A stretch of DNA of 64,000 nt, taken from the NCBI GenBank assembly GCA_028534125.1, contig CM052817.1, positions 92,134,001-92,198,000 on the forward strand. The letters are read 5' to 3'. Positions 47,720-60,989 of the stretch are shown piece by piece (positions within the stretch are counted from its first letter, which is position 1; every line of letters begins with the position of its first letter). The notes under the pieces are model-generated. The model made no database searches. It was not told where the DNA came from and saw nothing but the letters and a program-made list of their open reading frames with translations. The position numbers were made by a program, and so were the translations under genes. Origin of the DNA: Lama glama (Eukaryota).

Positions 47720-50460
47720 ATTTCAGCTTCTAGATAAGGTGAATTAACAAGGACCAGATTTACCTTCTCACCTTAAATAACTAAAAACATGAGGCAAAAT
47801 ATGTGAAACAATGTGTTTTCAGACATTGGACAACAAGCAGCAAAGGAAACTGATCACTGAGAGAGGAGAAACAGATAGATGATCTTTACAACCGCCCAGT
47901 GGAAACTCTGGATGAAGTTTTCAGCCCACAGTACAGGGAGGAGCAACCAGAGCCAGGCAATCTCCCTAAGTTGAGGAAATGCAGTTGGGATTTCAAGGAG
48001 GTCAAGATAGCTGAAGTTCAATGGTCTGGGTATCAGAGAGAAGACAGCTGCACAAGGAGGGACTCCCAGAGATTGGCAGAGTGTGCCCCTGAGTCATCAG
48101 TTCAATACTGAGTGGCTCACTTGTGTGAGAAAATAACCTGGGACAAGGAAAAGAACTACTCCAAGACAGCAGTGGCGACAATGTGTGGAAATCATACAGG
48201 TCTCGGATAATTTGTATTCCCAGCAGCTAGAGTGGAAACCTCTCAGAGCACATGGAACATCAGACACAATACTCACAGGGGAATCCTTCAAAGGGGGGCA
48301 AAATTAATCCTAGACTAAAGAAACTAAATGGGGAGTTTAAAGCCTTTTCACAAAGAATGCTCCAGGCCTAGGTAGCTTCACTGGTGAATATACTAAATAT
48401 TTAAAGAGGAATTAATACCAATATGAAACAACATTTCCCAGAAAATGGAAGCATTCTTCACATATTTTATGACTCTAATATTACCCTGACATCAAAGAAG
48501 ATAAATATACTACAAGAATGGAAAACTTTAGACCAATAACCCTCATAAAAATAGACTTTAAAATTCTCAACAAAATTTTAGCAAATGAAATCCAATGACA
48601 TATAGAAAGGATAACACATCATGATCAAGTGGAATTTGTCCTAGGAATGCAAAGTTGCTTTAACATATCAAAATAGATGTAATTCGCCATATTGAGAGAC
48701 AAAGAGAAAGACCATGTGATCAACTCAAAAGATGCAGAAAAAGCATTGGACAAAATTCATTTCCCCCCCCAAAAAAAATTCTCAGCAAACTAGGAACATA
48801 AAGTTTCTTAACCTGGTAAGAGGCAGTTATTTACAAAGAACCTATGGGTGACATCATACGTAACTGTAAAAAATTGATTGCTTCCCCCCTAAGATCAGGC
48901 ATAAGACAAGAATGTCTGTTCTCAGTCTTTCTAGTCAGTATTGCAGTGGAGGTACTAGCCAGCGAAATAAGAAGATTGGACAGGAAGAAATGAAACTGTC
49001 TTTATTTGTCTACATGATCAACTATGTGGAAAATCTTTAGAATTTTTAAAAAACCTACTAGGACTAATGACTAAGCTTAGCAAAGTTAATTACAACATTA
49101 ATTTCAAAATTAATTATATTTTCATATTTATCAGCAATGAACACTTAGAAGTGGAAAATTTTTAAATGATACCATTTACAAGAGCATGAAGATATGATAT
49201 AGTTTGCAATAAACTTGGCAATAGATGTGTAAGGCATATAGTCTTAAAACTATAAAATATTGCTGAGAGAAATTAAAGACTTAAAGGGAGAGATATACTA
49301 TGTGCATGAATTGAAAGATTCAATGTTGTTAAGACATAAATTATCCCCAAATAATCTATAAACTTAATATAATCTAAATTAAATCCCAGAAAGCTTTAAA
49401 AAAATAGAAATTGGTAAGTTGGTTCTGAAATGTATATGGAAATGCAAAGGACCTAGAATAACCAAAACAACTTTAAAAAATAACAAATTTCTAGGACTTA
49501 GGCAACATAACTTTGAGTCTTATAAGCTACAGTAATCAAAGTAGTGTGGCATTGGCATAAAAATAAACATACAGGTCAAGAGGACAGGAATAGAGTCCAG
49601 AATAAACCTACAATGGGCATTTGATTTTTCACAAATGTTTGAGGCAAGTCAGTAGGAGAAGGCAATCTTTTCAATAAATGATGATGGAACAACTGGATAA
49701 CCATACACAAAAGAGAGAGACAGAGAGGGTGAGAGAAGGGAGGGAGGGAGGAAGGAAGAAAGAAAGAGAAAGAAAGAAAGAAAGAAAGAGAAAGGAAAGA
49801 AGGAAGAAAGAAAGAAACTGGACTATTATCTCACACCATATCTAAAAATTAAATTAAAATGAGCTAAAACTGTAAAACTTACAGACAAAATATCTGGGAA
49901 AAAATCTTGTGACCTTGGATCCAGCAAATATTTATTAAACAGGACACAAAGTACACAAACTATAAAAGATAAAACAAATACATTGGTCTTTATTAAAATT
50001 TAAAACTTAATCTTTAAATGTCACTATTATCAAAATTAAAAAGCAAGCCACAGACAGGGAGAAAATATTTGGAGAGCATATATCCAAGAAAGAACTTGTA
50101 TTTAGAATATATAAAGGACTCTTATAACTCAGTAAAAAAGAAGAAAAGCGACCTAATACAAAAAGGTAAAAAAGCCGGACATTTCTCAAAAAAGATATAC
50201 AGGTGGCAAATACACCATAAAATTAGTCATTAGGGAAGTGCAAATTAAAACTCTAATGACATACTCAACACATACATTAGAATGGCTTTAAAAAAAAAAA
50301 AGACCATATGAAATGTTGGAGATGATACAGTACAACCGTAAAAGGAGGAAATCCTGCCACTTGTGACAACACAGACCTTGAGAGCATTATGCTAAGTGAA
50401 ATAAGTCAGACGGAGGAAGTCCAATACTGTATGATCTCACTTATATGTAGTGGAATCAAA
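47720..50460 (+). mobile_element. L1 (L1MC/MB-like): 5' region joined to ORF2 remnants, plus a short younger L1 3' UTR piece
   Basis: ORF2 motifs ccaggcctaggtagcttcactggtgaa, tcaacaaaattttagcaaatgaaatccaa, gatgcagaaaaagcattggacaaaattca, aaagtagtgtggcattggcataa. 50340-50455 is 3'-UTR-like (gcattatgctaagtgaaataagtcagac). Confidence 0.8.
49708..49817. repeat. (GA)n/(GGAA)n/(GAAA)n polypurine microsatellite within L1
   Basis: Seen directly. Confidence 0.9.
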
Positions 50461-53400
50461 GAAAGAAAGGAAGAAAAGAAAAGAAAGAGTGAGAAAGGGA
50501 CATTTCAAAGCAAGGTATTTGGTAGTGTCATGGAAATCCTCACACAGAATCCTCACCCAATTTCCTCACAAGATGCATGAGCGCTTTAGAGTAGAGAACA
50601 GTAAGGCTGGGCTCACAAGCAGATGATTGAAAACCAGCTAGACTCACTTAGGAATGATTTCTGCACAAGTGTCAGTGAAATATTTGTGGAATGAATGTAT
50701 GGATGGGTAAATGAATGTTATTTCTCCATTCCTCCATCCATCCTCTACTTGAGCCTATATGATTCAAATTTGTGCCTTAAGAAAAAATTCGGTCATGAAA
50801 CTTCACACATATTCTTGAAGCTGCAGATCTTAAATCTTCACAGCTACTGTATTAAAATTCTGAGCACCACAATTTAAGAGGCTGATGTCTACAGAAGGAA
50901 AGAAATGGATGAAGAGTCTGGAAAATCATGTTACTTAAGAAAATGGTGATGTTCAGCTGGCAGAAGTTTTAAAAGAGACCCCAAAACTTTTTTCAGCACA
51001 CAGGAGGAAGATAAATTAAACACTTCAGAGGTCAGAACTAGAACCAAGGAGTTGATAGTTGGGAGATGAATTTTAATCCAGAAGTCAACCATGAGCCAGA
51101 CTGGGGGCCCCTCCTCTACTCGTTTCCCACTCATCTATAATACTCTGCACATGTGCTGCTGTGACACTGTCACACTCCATTGTATTAGTTTTTGAAAATG
51201 ATTTTCCTGGAGAAATTGTGTACTTTTTGGTTTTAGAAAGCAAGACAAAAATAGTATAAAGATGTCAATTATCCCTAAATTCACCTATAGTCTCAATACA
51301 ATCCTGCTCAAAATGTAAATAGGTTTTCTTCTTCCATCCTGTTGTTGTTCTGAACTTGAAAAGAAGAAATGTGTCTGAAATCGATTTGGAAGAAAAGATG
51401 TGAAAATTGTCCAGAAAGTTCTAAAAATAAAGGGGAAGAATAACGCTAACACATTAAAATGTATCTATAGTAACTGAAACACTTTGATTCTGGTGTCCAA
51501 ATAGGCAGATCAATGGAAAATAGGGGAGTTTAGACGAATCAATTTGAAAGAATAAAAGGCATCCGTTAGTAGTGATGAGGAAGCATGTTTGAGATACACA
51601 GTTACACACAGCATTTGTATTTTGGGGGAAAATACACAAAGTAAAAAGTGTGTGTGTGTGTGTGTGTGCGTGTGTGAAGAATATGGTGGGATTTATTCAA
51701 GAAAACTGTTCAGGAGTGATTTACTTCCAGTGGGAAACAGGGTGGCCAGAGCTGGCATTAGGAAGTGAGAATGGGCACTGTTCTTTTAACTTTATTTTCT
51801 TCTGTATTTTTTGAAATATCTGTATACGTTGCATGTATAGTTTTTAATAATCACAGAAGGAAAAAAAAAAAGGAAAGGGAAGAAAGGGAAAGAAAAAAGG
51901 GCACAGAAATCACAGAGAACAGAAGAAATCAGGATGGGCTTTGAAGCCACAATGACAAGTAACTTAGTCTCAGGTTTTTTTCCCTATAAAATAGATATCT
52001 AAATGTTTCCTTCACAGAGCACTTTAAAGCATTTAATAAACTAACTTATGTAAAGGGCTTAGCCCATCACAAGTAAGCATTATACAACATCTATAATAAT
52101 AATTATTTGCTATTACTGATTACTATTATTTATAGTTCAAGAAATTTTCCAAGAAATACGCAATCAAAAAGTTACAGGAACACCCCAAATTCATTTACAA
52201 TAACCTGGAGGTTAAGCTCAGGGAAGAAGGTGTGATGAGATTATAACCAGGAAAGCTTTAATCTAATCAATTGTGTTGTGCTCTGTCTGAAGAAAGAAAG
52301 TGTTAATGGGAGCGTGAGTATGATCTCTATGGAAACTACAAAAGGATCTATTAGGGGAAATCAGAGAGAGTTTCACCTGTTAGGAGATGGTTGCTGATAA
52401 AAAAAACCCTGGGATTAAATCTTAACTCCCTGGATAGATTTTTCTATAGAACAAGAGTACTATTCTGACTAACCAACACCTTAGCTTTCTATGTATTATT
52501 TGGGGGTTGACATCAGCCTCTTGAGTTGTTTGTGTGAGAATCCTTGAGAGACTGATCTCATCCAGGCAGACAGAAAACAAGTTTTGGATCTAAAAGCTGA
52601 GGTCCAAATTCTAGAACCTTATAATCTACAAACCAGCTTTTGTGATAAGGGCCCGATAGGCATGAAAGGAAAGCAGTTTTCTGTTTTGGAGAATTAAAAC
52701 TTCAACATGAATGAACAAGTGGATGGATGAATGGATAAATTAGTACTGAAAGGAGCTGCCATATGGAATTGTAAATCCTGGGTCACTGAGTTATTTGTAC
52801 ACATGAGATTGCTTCTCCCTTGTTTCTAGTTGACCATTCTATCCAGTCAACAACCCCCACAGGAGCTGATCTCCATTGACCTCTCCATCTTCTTCTTGCC
52901 ACTTTCCCTCACCCACTACACTCCAGCCTTCCTGACCTTCCCCATGCCAGAACACAACCCCCCAGCTCTCTGTGTGGTCCTTGCCTTCCCCTCACTTTAC
53001 ATCCTGATTCAGCAGTCACTTCCTTAGAGCCTGGGATCAGTCTTCCCACTGCCTCCTCCAACTGCCCTGTGAAGTAATCACCTTCCCATCACCACCACAT
53101 TCTCTTCCATCACAGCATCCAGCATCCTATATATTTTATGGAAGATCTTAATTGTTGTCTGCTGAGGGGCAGATGCCTAGATGGGATTGAACATGCAAGA
53201 GATTTACTGGGGAAATACCTGTGATGGGTAAAGGGAGAGGAAGCAGGAGGAAGTGAGGAGAGCCACCAGTTGCAGGTCTGATATCCCTGAAAGGGAGAGG
53301 GAAGGAAGGAAGGAAGGAAGGAGAGGTGAGTAGGAAGAGTCAAGAACTTAGCACAGTTCAGAGAAAGTTTCAGCCAGGTCTGTGGGGAGTCTTCCAACCA

Positions 53401-53598
53401 AAGTCACCTGTTGGAGGAATCCTGCATCTTGAAGGAATGGGCTGTCATTAGCATCCCCACCATGCTTAGTCATGGGTTGGGAGCCCACAGGTTCGGCCTT
53501 GGTGCAAGCCCAATGTTGGGTCCAGAAGGGCAGCAGCTGGGACCATCAGTCACTTAAACTCCTTGTTATCTGAGACGTACATTTTCATGGTTGTCAGA

Positions 53599-53984
53599 TG
53601 CTATGAACTGAATGTTTGCATCCCTCCCAAACTCACATGTAAAGACCTAACCAACCCAACACGATGGTGTTTGGAGGGGGGACCTTTGGGAGGTATTAGG
53701 GTTTAGATGATGTCTTGAGAGTAGAGCCCCATGATGGGATTAATGCTCTTATAAGAAGAAGAGACCAGAGCGTGCTCTCTCTCGCTCTCTCTCCCTCCCC
53801 CCATTATGTGAGGATACAGCAGGAAGTCTGCCCTCCCTAAACCAAGAAGCCCACTGAATCTCCTGGTACCTTGATCTTGGACTTCTCAGCCTCTAGAACT
53901 GTGAGAAATAAATAAATAAATGTTTGTTGTTTAAGCCACCCAGTCCATGATATTTTGTTATAGCACCCTGAGCTGACTAAGGCA
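53599..53984 (+). mobile_element. MLT1A-like MaLR solo LTR nested in the ERVL remnant
   Basis: TG...CA termini; tgctatgaactgaatgttt...ccttgatcttggacttctcagcctctagaactgtgagaaataaa...tttaagccacccagtc...gactaaggca. Confidence 0.85.
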
Positions 53985-55477
53985 CCAGGATCTATTCCCT
54001 GTGCCATACAGATTTCTTTTCCATGCAAGTTCAGGTAGCAGATCTTCCCATGGTTCCTGTGGGTCTCTCTTCCCAAGAGGAAACTTAGAAAAGGAAGTTA
54101 GTGGTACCAACTGCAATTGGTCAATCTGTGTAATCAATCTCAGGGCTACAACTGATAACTCATCCTCTCCCTTTTCCACCATCCATTCTAAATTTCCCTC
54201 ATCCTCAGCCTTCACTTCAGCAAGCCTTGGTGGCTTACTTGTTTATGTGACCAGATATTCATTCCTAAAGCTCTAAGCTCTTGGCACCACCCTGTCTCAG
54301 TTCCAAAGGGGCAAAGGAGTACTAGGAAGCACCAAAGGCGTGCCTAAGCTCCACTCATGTTCCTCCTTGACCTGTGATTAAAAGCAGCTCTCCCTCCTCC
54401 TGATGATCAGGGTCTATCACTCCTGCCACTATGGTGACTCTTCCTTTTGCCTGCTTGTCCCTGGACATTAAGGGTCCAAATTGCCCTGGCCATTGTCAAA
54501 TCTTAAAGTTCAATGGACTCTTGATACGTCCCTTGGCAAGGAGACTAGGACATCTGAAGATCTCAGAGCTGGAGTGGTTCATTGGGAGTGATGTTAATCA
54601 CACCTGCTTCCAGTCCTTTGTTTCTGGACCCATATATTCTTCTCCTTGGAGACCCAGCACTGTAGAGAGATCTTTCTCTAATCCGATGCATATACCACAT
54701 CCTGAAGGGTGGCACCTTATCTTTTCAGTGTTGCCTCTGAGCTGCCACTTCCACTGTGACAGTAGAAGGTCGCTCCGGTGTTCTATGACACTGGATGGTT
54801 CAGGACGTGATAGGACCATTTGATCCTGTGGTCATGGGCCCACTCTTATACATCTTTTGCTGTGAAATGGGTTCCCTGGTCATGCTGTGTAGAATAGAAT
54901 GTCTGAGGATTTGGCATCCTGTAAGCCCTCTGTTAGTGCCAGATGAGGCTCTCTGTGAAGGAAAGGTAAACTCATCTGCAGAACAGGAAGTCACCCTAGG
55001 ATTACAGAGAGCCGGCTCTTCTGGGACAGGAGGGTCCCAGAGTAGCTGACATGCCACCAAGTGGCCTGCTGTTCTCCTTGAAGAATAGTTCCATGTTGGG
55101 GTTCAGCACTGGTCTCTGTTGCTGACAGGTTGGACATTTATAGGCAACAGTAGCTAGCTCGGCCTTGATAAATAGTGTATCCTCTGGGCCCTCGAACCCA
55201 ACATAATCTCCTGATGTTTTTTCTGAACTCATGTAGCATATCCATCCATTCCAGCATGCCCACTGCCCACAGCCTTTTTATTCCTTCCTCTACCATCAGC
55301 CAGGGTAACTCAGGCATTTGCACTTTGCTCAGCATCATCCAGCAATTTCTCCAGGCTTCTAAGAACCACCCTGCTCCCCAGGGCCCTTGCTAGGGTGTTA
55401 AGCCAGTGTCCTGAGAAAATGCCTCCAAGGCAATAAATTCGTGTTTATCTTGCCTTACATTTGACCCTATTGATCAA

Positions 55478-55723
55478 GCACTCTCAAAATTCAATGCCAG
55501 GGGTATCCCCTGGCTTCTGCTGGTACATGCTGCCTAATTCTTGCAACACCTTCAGTATATAAACTCTTTCTTCCCTTGGCAGACACAGCACATTCCTAGC
55601 GCACTCTCAAAATTCAATGCCAGGGGTATCCCCTGGCTTCTGCTAGTACATGCTGCCTAATTCTTGCAACACCTTCAGTATATAAACTCTTTCTTCCCTT
55701 GGCAGACACAGCACATCCCTAGC
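55478..55723. repeat. 123-bp tandem duplication (2 copies, 2 mismatches)
   Basis: Copy 1 is 55478-55600 and copy 2 is 55601-55723; both begin gcactctcaaaattcaatgccagggg. Confidence 0.97.
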
Positions 55724-57464
55724 CAGGTTTGCTGGGATGTAACCCTAGTTATGAGCTTGGCAACCAGAGGGGAGGTGGGGCAGCTCCTGAGAGGGGCCCT
55801 TGTGGTCCCTGAGAACGAAGCACTGAAGGGAAAATGCTAGCTCTTACTAGATATTGCCTTCTGCCTTGTGGCACTCTTCAGGTACTGATGATACAATGGC
55901 GAACAAGACTGGCAGAGTCCTTGCCTTAATACAATTAACTTTCTTGTGGCTCTATTTGGACAGAGCAGAGCTTGTCACCACTCTTTCTCCATGGTTAGAG
56001 AAGGACTGACTTCATTAGCACACAGGTGGGCACACAGATCTTTCTCCCAACCCTCAATGCCATCTTTAGAAAAGCAATGAGTGTAGAGTGAGGGCTAGGA
56101 TGGGGAGACAGTATAGCATATTAAAGGCTGAATCATGAGGAGACAAGTAAGAGAAGGAAGAATGACCTTGACATTGAGATCAGGCCCCCTGTGGGAGAGA
56201 TGGTGAGCTGACCACTGAAATTCACACTTCCCTCAAAGCAGAGAAGCATCTGCTCAGCCAGAGATTACAAATCCCTTTGCATCTAAGTGTGGCCATTGGA
56301 ATGGTTGCCACGGGAATATGAAGACCAGTGATTTCTTCTAGGCCAGGATTTTTTAAAAAAATCATAGACTCAACTTTCATATTTTAACATTCCACATGCT
56401 TTTTATTTAATAATGCCCAGCTATATGATACCAGGTTCATTCCATTATTATTTATATGATGATGTGATAAAAAATTTTAAGTAATTTTTCATACTTTTAT
56501 TATACTAAATTTTTCTATGAAATATAGCATATGTGTATATTTTTAAAATACTCTAATAACTTTCAAAAAGAATATGTTTATATTTGTCCCTCAACTAACA
56601 ACGATGCATGGGATTCCTACAACAAAAAGCAAACAATAGTCACCACGGAAGATAAACTCACACCTAAAAATTACAAATCACACAAAGGTAGCAATAGGCT
56701 CTGAAAAAAGAGTCAGCAGAAACACTGAACAGGGACATGAGATAAAAATAACAACCCAAAGGAGACAATAAATCAGCTACATTTAAAAGTATGAAAGAGA
56801 TAAGATATGGAATAAAAACAATGAGGGATTAAAAAAAAGAATCTATGGGGGAAAAACACAAAGAATGAATGGGAGGGAGGACATGGAAAGAGGGGGATAT
56901 TTTCAGTTAAGTAATTAATTAATGAATTCTAAAAGTACCATGTTAGGTGCAGATAGAAAAGTGAACAAGACTTAAGAAGACAGGAAGAATCCAAAAGTGA
57001 ACAGAGTGAAGCAATGAGGAAGATGGGAGGAGAAAACTTAGCATTGAGTTTCCTTAGTAGCTAAGGTAAAGAGAGAAAAACGTACTTATTACCCAAAAGC
57101 AAAAAACCCCCCCCAAAAAACCAAAAAACATATATATATAGGTATATATGCTATATATATATAGCAGTTTAACAAGACAGATGAACTGTTTCTGGTCCTG
57201 AGATCTAAGAAAAATGTATTTTGAAAGCATATTTACATAAGGTGAATTAAGTACCGTTGTGAACTTTGTCCTCAACAGTGAAGTTGCCAAAAATGCAGAG
57301 GGTTCCATTTGGCTTTTAGTTGATCAGCCCTTAATGAAAGGGCTTAAATCATAATATAAACTTCCCAGAAAGTAAGGATAATAATAGTTTTGTTTTAGGA
57401 TGACAAAACTTAGTAGAAGAAGAAAAAAACCTAAATATAATGACATTATGTAATAATGTATATA

Positions 57465-57794
57465 CAGGCTATTCTCATTATATTTCAAATTTTTTCACTA
57501 TAATTGTATTTGTTATGTGATCTGCGATCAACGATCTTTGATATTACTCCTATGACTTGCTGAAGGCTCAGACGATGGTTAGCGTTTTTTAGCAATAATG
57601 TATTTTTAAGTAAGGTGTAAACATTGTGTTTTTAGACATAATGCTATTGCACACTTAATAGACTACAATATAGTGTAAACAGAACTTTTATATACACTGG
57701 GAAGCCAAAAAAATTGTGTGACTTGCTTTATTGCGATATTCATTTTATCGTGGTAGTCTGGAACTGAGCCTGCAATATCTCTGAGGTATGCCTG
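57465..57794 (+). mobile_element. Internally deleted Tigger1-family (TcMar) DNA transposon
   Basis: TA|CAGG...CCTG|TA termini; 3' part cataatgctattgcacacttaatagactac...gcaatatctctgaggtatgcctg matches the Tigger1 end as recalled. Confidence 0.85.
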
Positions 57795-57849
57795 TATTAT
57801 GAAAATTTCATAAAATTCTGGAACAATAGAGAAAATAATTATTCTAATC

Positions 57850-58101
57850 CTGGGTTTCTTAACCTTGGCACTATTGACATTTTGCACTGGACACCTTTTT
57901 TGTTACAGAGATCTGCCCTAGGCACTGAAGGAGGATCAGCAGCATCTGTAGCCTCTGCCCAGGAGATGCAGTAGCATCCTCTGCCTCCCCCCAGCCTCTA
58001 CCCCACAGATTCCCTCTGACCAGTTGCAACAATCAAAAATATTTCTAAGTCTTGTCAAAAGGCCCCAGGGGGCAAAAAGCAACCGTAGCTAGGAACCACT
58101 G
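57850..58101 (-). mobile_element. MER20 with intact 8-bp TSD
   Basis: ctgggtttcttaaccttggcactattgacatttt...ggaaccactg, flanked by TTCTAATC at 57842-57849 and 58102-58109. Confidence 0.9.
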
Positions 58102-59349
58102 TTCTAATCATACCAACTAAATACTATTCCTTTCATATTTGAGTAGTCCATTGCAATCTTTTTCGTATGTTATTTGTACATGTATATGTATATTGAATTC
58201 TGTGTTTTTCATTTGAAGAATGTTATGGATGGCTGCAGCAGGCTCCTAGCATTTGAGAAAGATACCCAAGACCTTGGTAAATGCCTACATCAGCAAATAT
58301 CATGTTAGTGTATAACGTCTCCCATAACTTTGCTTGAGAGTGGAGAGAGAATGGTGAACCTGCTGCCAAACTCAGATGATGAGCAGTTAACCAGGTTCAT
58401 TTAGTAGCTACAGTATCTGGGTGTCTACTTTCCAACCTTGAGGCTCACTTTAATCAAATGTGTCTGAGCTAAAACGCAAATTAATACAGGTCAAGGGTCC
58501 CCAAGTCTCTTTGGAGTAATTCAAGTAGTGAATCTAAACCCTTCAAATGCCATGGGACTCCTGTGGGTCTCAAGGCTTATGCTACAGATGTGTAACAGTC
58601 CTTGGAAGTAGGTGGGAGCTCCATAAGTAACTGCAGTGTTAAAGCCACTTCCAATTGCCCAGTTCTGACAGGATTTTGTACCTCTCTGCCACATAAAGGC
58701 CCCTCATCAAGTCACCTTATCTCTCTAGACCTCAATTCCCTCGCTTGTCAAACTAGAAATTTGGGGCACGCCTACCTCCTACAGTTGCGGTGAGGGATTA
58801 AATGCAATGGTATGCTTGCATGGCATAAATTACAAAGCTTTTTGAAAATATCAAGTATTACTTGGCAAATTTATTGCTCATTATCAGCTCCATTGTTATT
58901 TCATATAAAGGTGGGTGAAGAAGTTCACAGATTCTAATGAATAAAAAGAAATCTGAGAACTAACTATAGATTTTGAAACTTTGTACTATTTGCCTCACTC
59001 ACCATGCACTGAAGTTGAGCTGTAAATCGAAGTTCTGTTCTGCCATGAAAAGGAAATGTTTACACATCAACATGGATGAATCACAATATATTTCGTGCAA
59101 GAAAGAAAGTCTTAATACACAGAATTGCACTTATATAAAATTCAGGGAAGCACACATATGCACTTATGTAGTAAAATTACAATCAGAAATGAAGGAGAAG
59201 GAATATGTTGGAGAGGGTATAAAAGGGTGTTTTAAAAGTTACAGAGATGTGTTCTTAACCTGAGTGGTGGGTACTAAAGTATGATCATTTTTTATTTTCA
59301 TTTAAACTGTATTTTAAATAATAATAGTTTAAGAATAGTTTAATTAAAA

Positions 59350-60656
59350 CTCACACATCTATGATCAATTAATCTTTGACAAAGGAGGCAAGAATATACA
59401 ATGGAGGAAAGACAGTCTCTTTGGCAAGTGGTGATGGGAAAGCTGGACAGCAGCATGTAAATCAATGAAGTTAGAACACTCCCTCACACCACAAACAAAA
59501 ATAAACTCAAAATGGCTTAGAGACTTAAACATAAGACAGGACACCATAAATATCCTAGAAGAGAACACAGGCAAAACATTCTCTGACAAATCGTAGCAAT
59601 GTTTTTTTCCTAGGTCAGTCTACCAAGGCAATAGAAATAAAAGCAAAAGTAAACAAATGGGACCTAATTAAATTTATAAGCTTCTGCACAGCAAAGGAAA
59701 CTATAAACAAAATGAAAGGACAGCCTACGGACTGGGAGAAAATATTTGCAAACGATGCGACTGACAAGGGCCCAACTTCCGGAATACACAAACAGCTCAC
59801 ACAACTCAAAAACAAAAAAACAAACATCCCAATCAAAAAATGGGCAGAAGACCTATAGCACAGGGAACTATATTCAGTAGCTTGTAGTAACTTCTAATAA
59901 AAAAGAATTATACGTATAACTGAATCACTTTGCTGTACACCAGAAACTAACACAACACTGTAATAAGAACCCACACACCTATGGTCAATTAATCTTTGAC
60001 AAAGGAGGCAATAATATACAAGGGAGAAAAGATAGTTGCCATGTGGTCCAGCAATCCCGCTCACAGCATATACCTGGAAAAGAACTCTAATTCAAAAAGA
60101 TGCACACACCCCAAAACAGCAGCACTATTTACAATAGCCAAGACATGGAAGCAGCCTAAATGTCCATCAACAGATGAATAAAGATGTGGCATATACATAC
60201 ACACATACACAATGCAATACTACCCAACCATAGAAAAGAATGAAATAATGCCATTTGCAGCAACGTGGATGGACCCAGAGATTATCACACTAAGTAAAGT
60301 AAGTTAGACAGAGAAAGACAAATATATATATTGTCACTTGTATGTGGAATCTAAAAAAAATGACACAAATGAACTTATTTACAAAGCAGAAAGAGACTCA
60401 CAGACATAGAAAACAAACTTGTGGTTACCAAAGGGGAAGGGAGGGAGGAATAAACTAGGAGTTCAAAATTTGCAGATACTAACTACTATACATAAAATAG
60501 ATAAACAACAAGGCCCTATTGTATAGTACAGGGAACTATATTCAATATCTTGTAATAATCTATAATGAAAAAGAATATGAAAAAGAATTTATATGTATAA
60601 CTGAATCACTATGCTACATACCAGAAACTAACACAACATTGTAAATAAAAAAAAAA
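59350..60656 (+). mobile_element. Younger, lineage-type L1 3' end(s): two tandem internally deleted pieces ending in poly(A)
   Basis: ORF2 3' sequence and 3' UTR (tataactgaatcact...ccagaaactaacacaacattgtaaat + A-tail). The start motif and the terminal motif each occur twice. Confidence 0.9.
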
Positions 60657-60989
60657 CCCATTGTCTCAAAAAATATATAAGAATATAGTTATTTAAACTA
60701 CATGTGGCAGTACCTATATGTATATACACACAGACACAGTATAGTACATATATACATATTTTATAATCTACACATACTCAGTATATATGATATACATAAT
60801 AAAAAATGTTTAAGATTCTCCATGCCTCTAGAATCATATTCTAATAAAATCTTATTGACATAATTCTTTTTTCCTTTTTTGTTCATGGGTGAGGATGGGC
60901 CATCAGGATGTGATACATCTTGTACCAGTTTCCCCCTCCCATGCCCCACTCATCATGGACGTCACTGTATCTCCAGGTTCTCATGGTTG

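Larger units (their letters stand above)
53150..55870 (-). mobile_element. ERVL-class provirus remnant: LTR (about 53150-53598) plus internal gag and integrase fossils
   Basis: Minus-strand remnants WLMVEEGIKRLWAVGMLEWM and EGPEDTLFIKA (gag-like), ELATVAYKCPTCQQQRP (integrase Zn-finger end), and gaccagggaacccatttcacagcaaaa (DQGTHFTAK, integrase core), all frameshifted. Confidence 0.8.
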
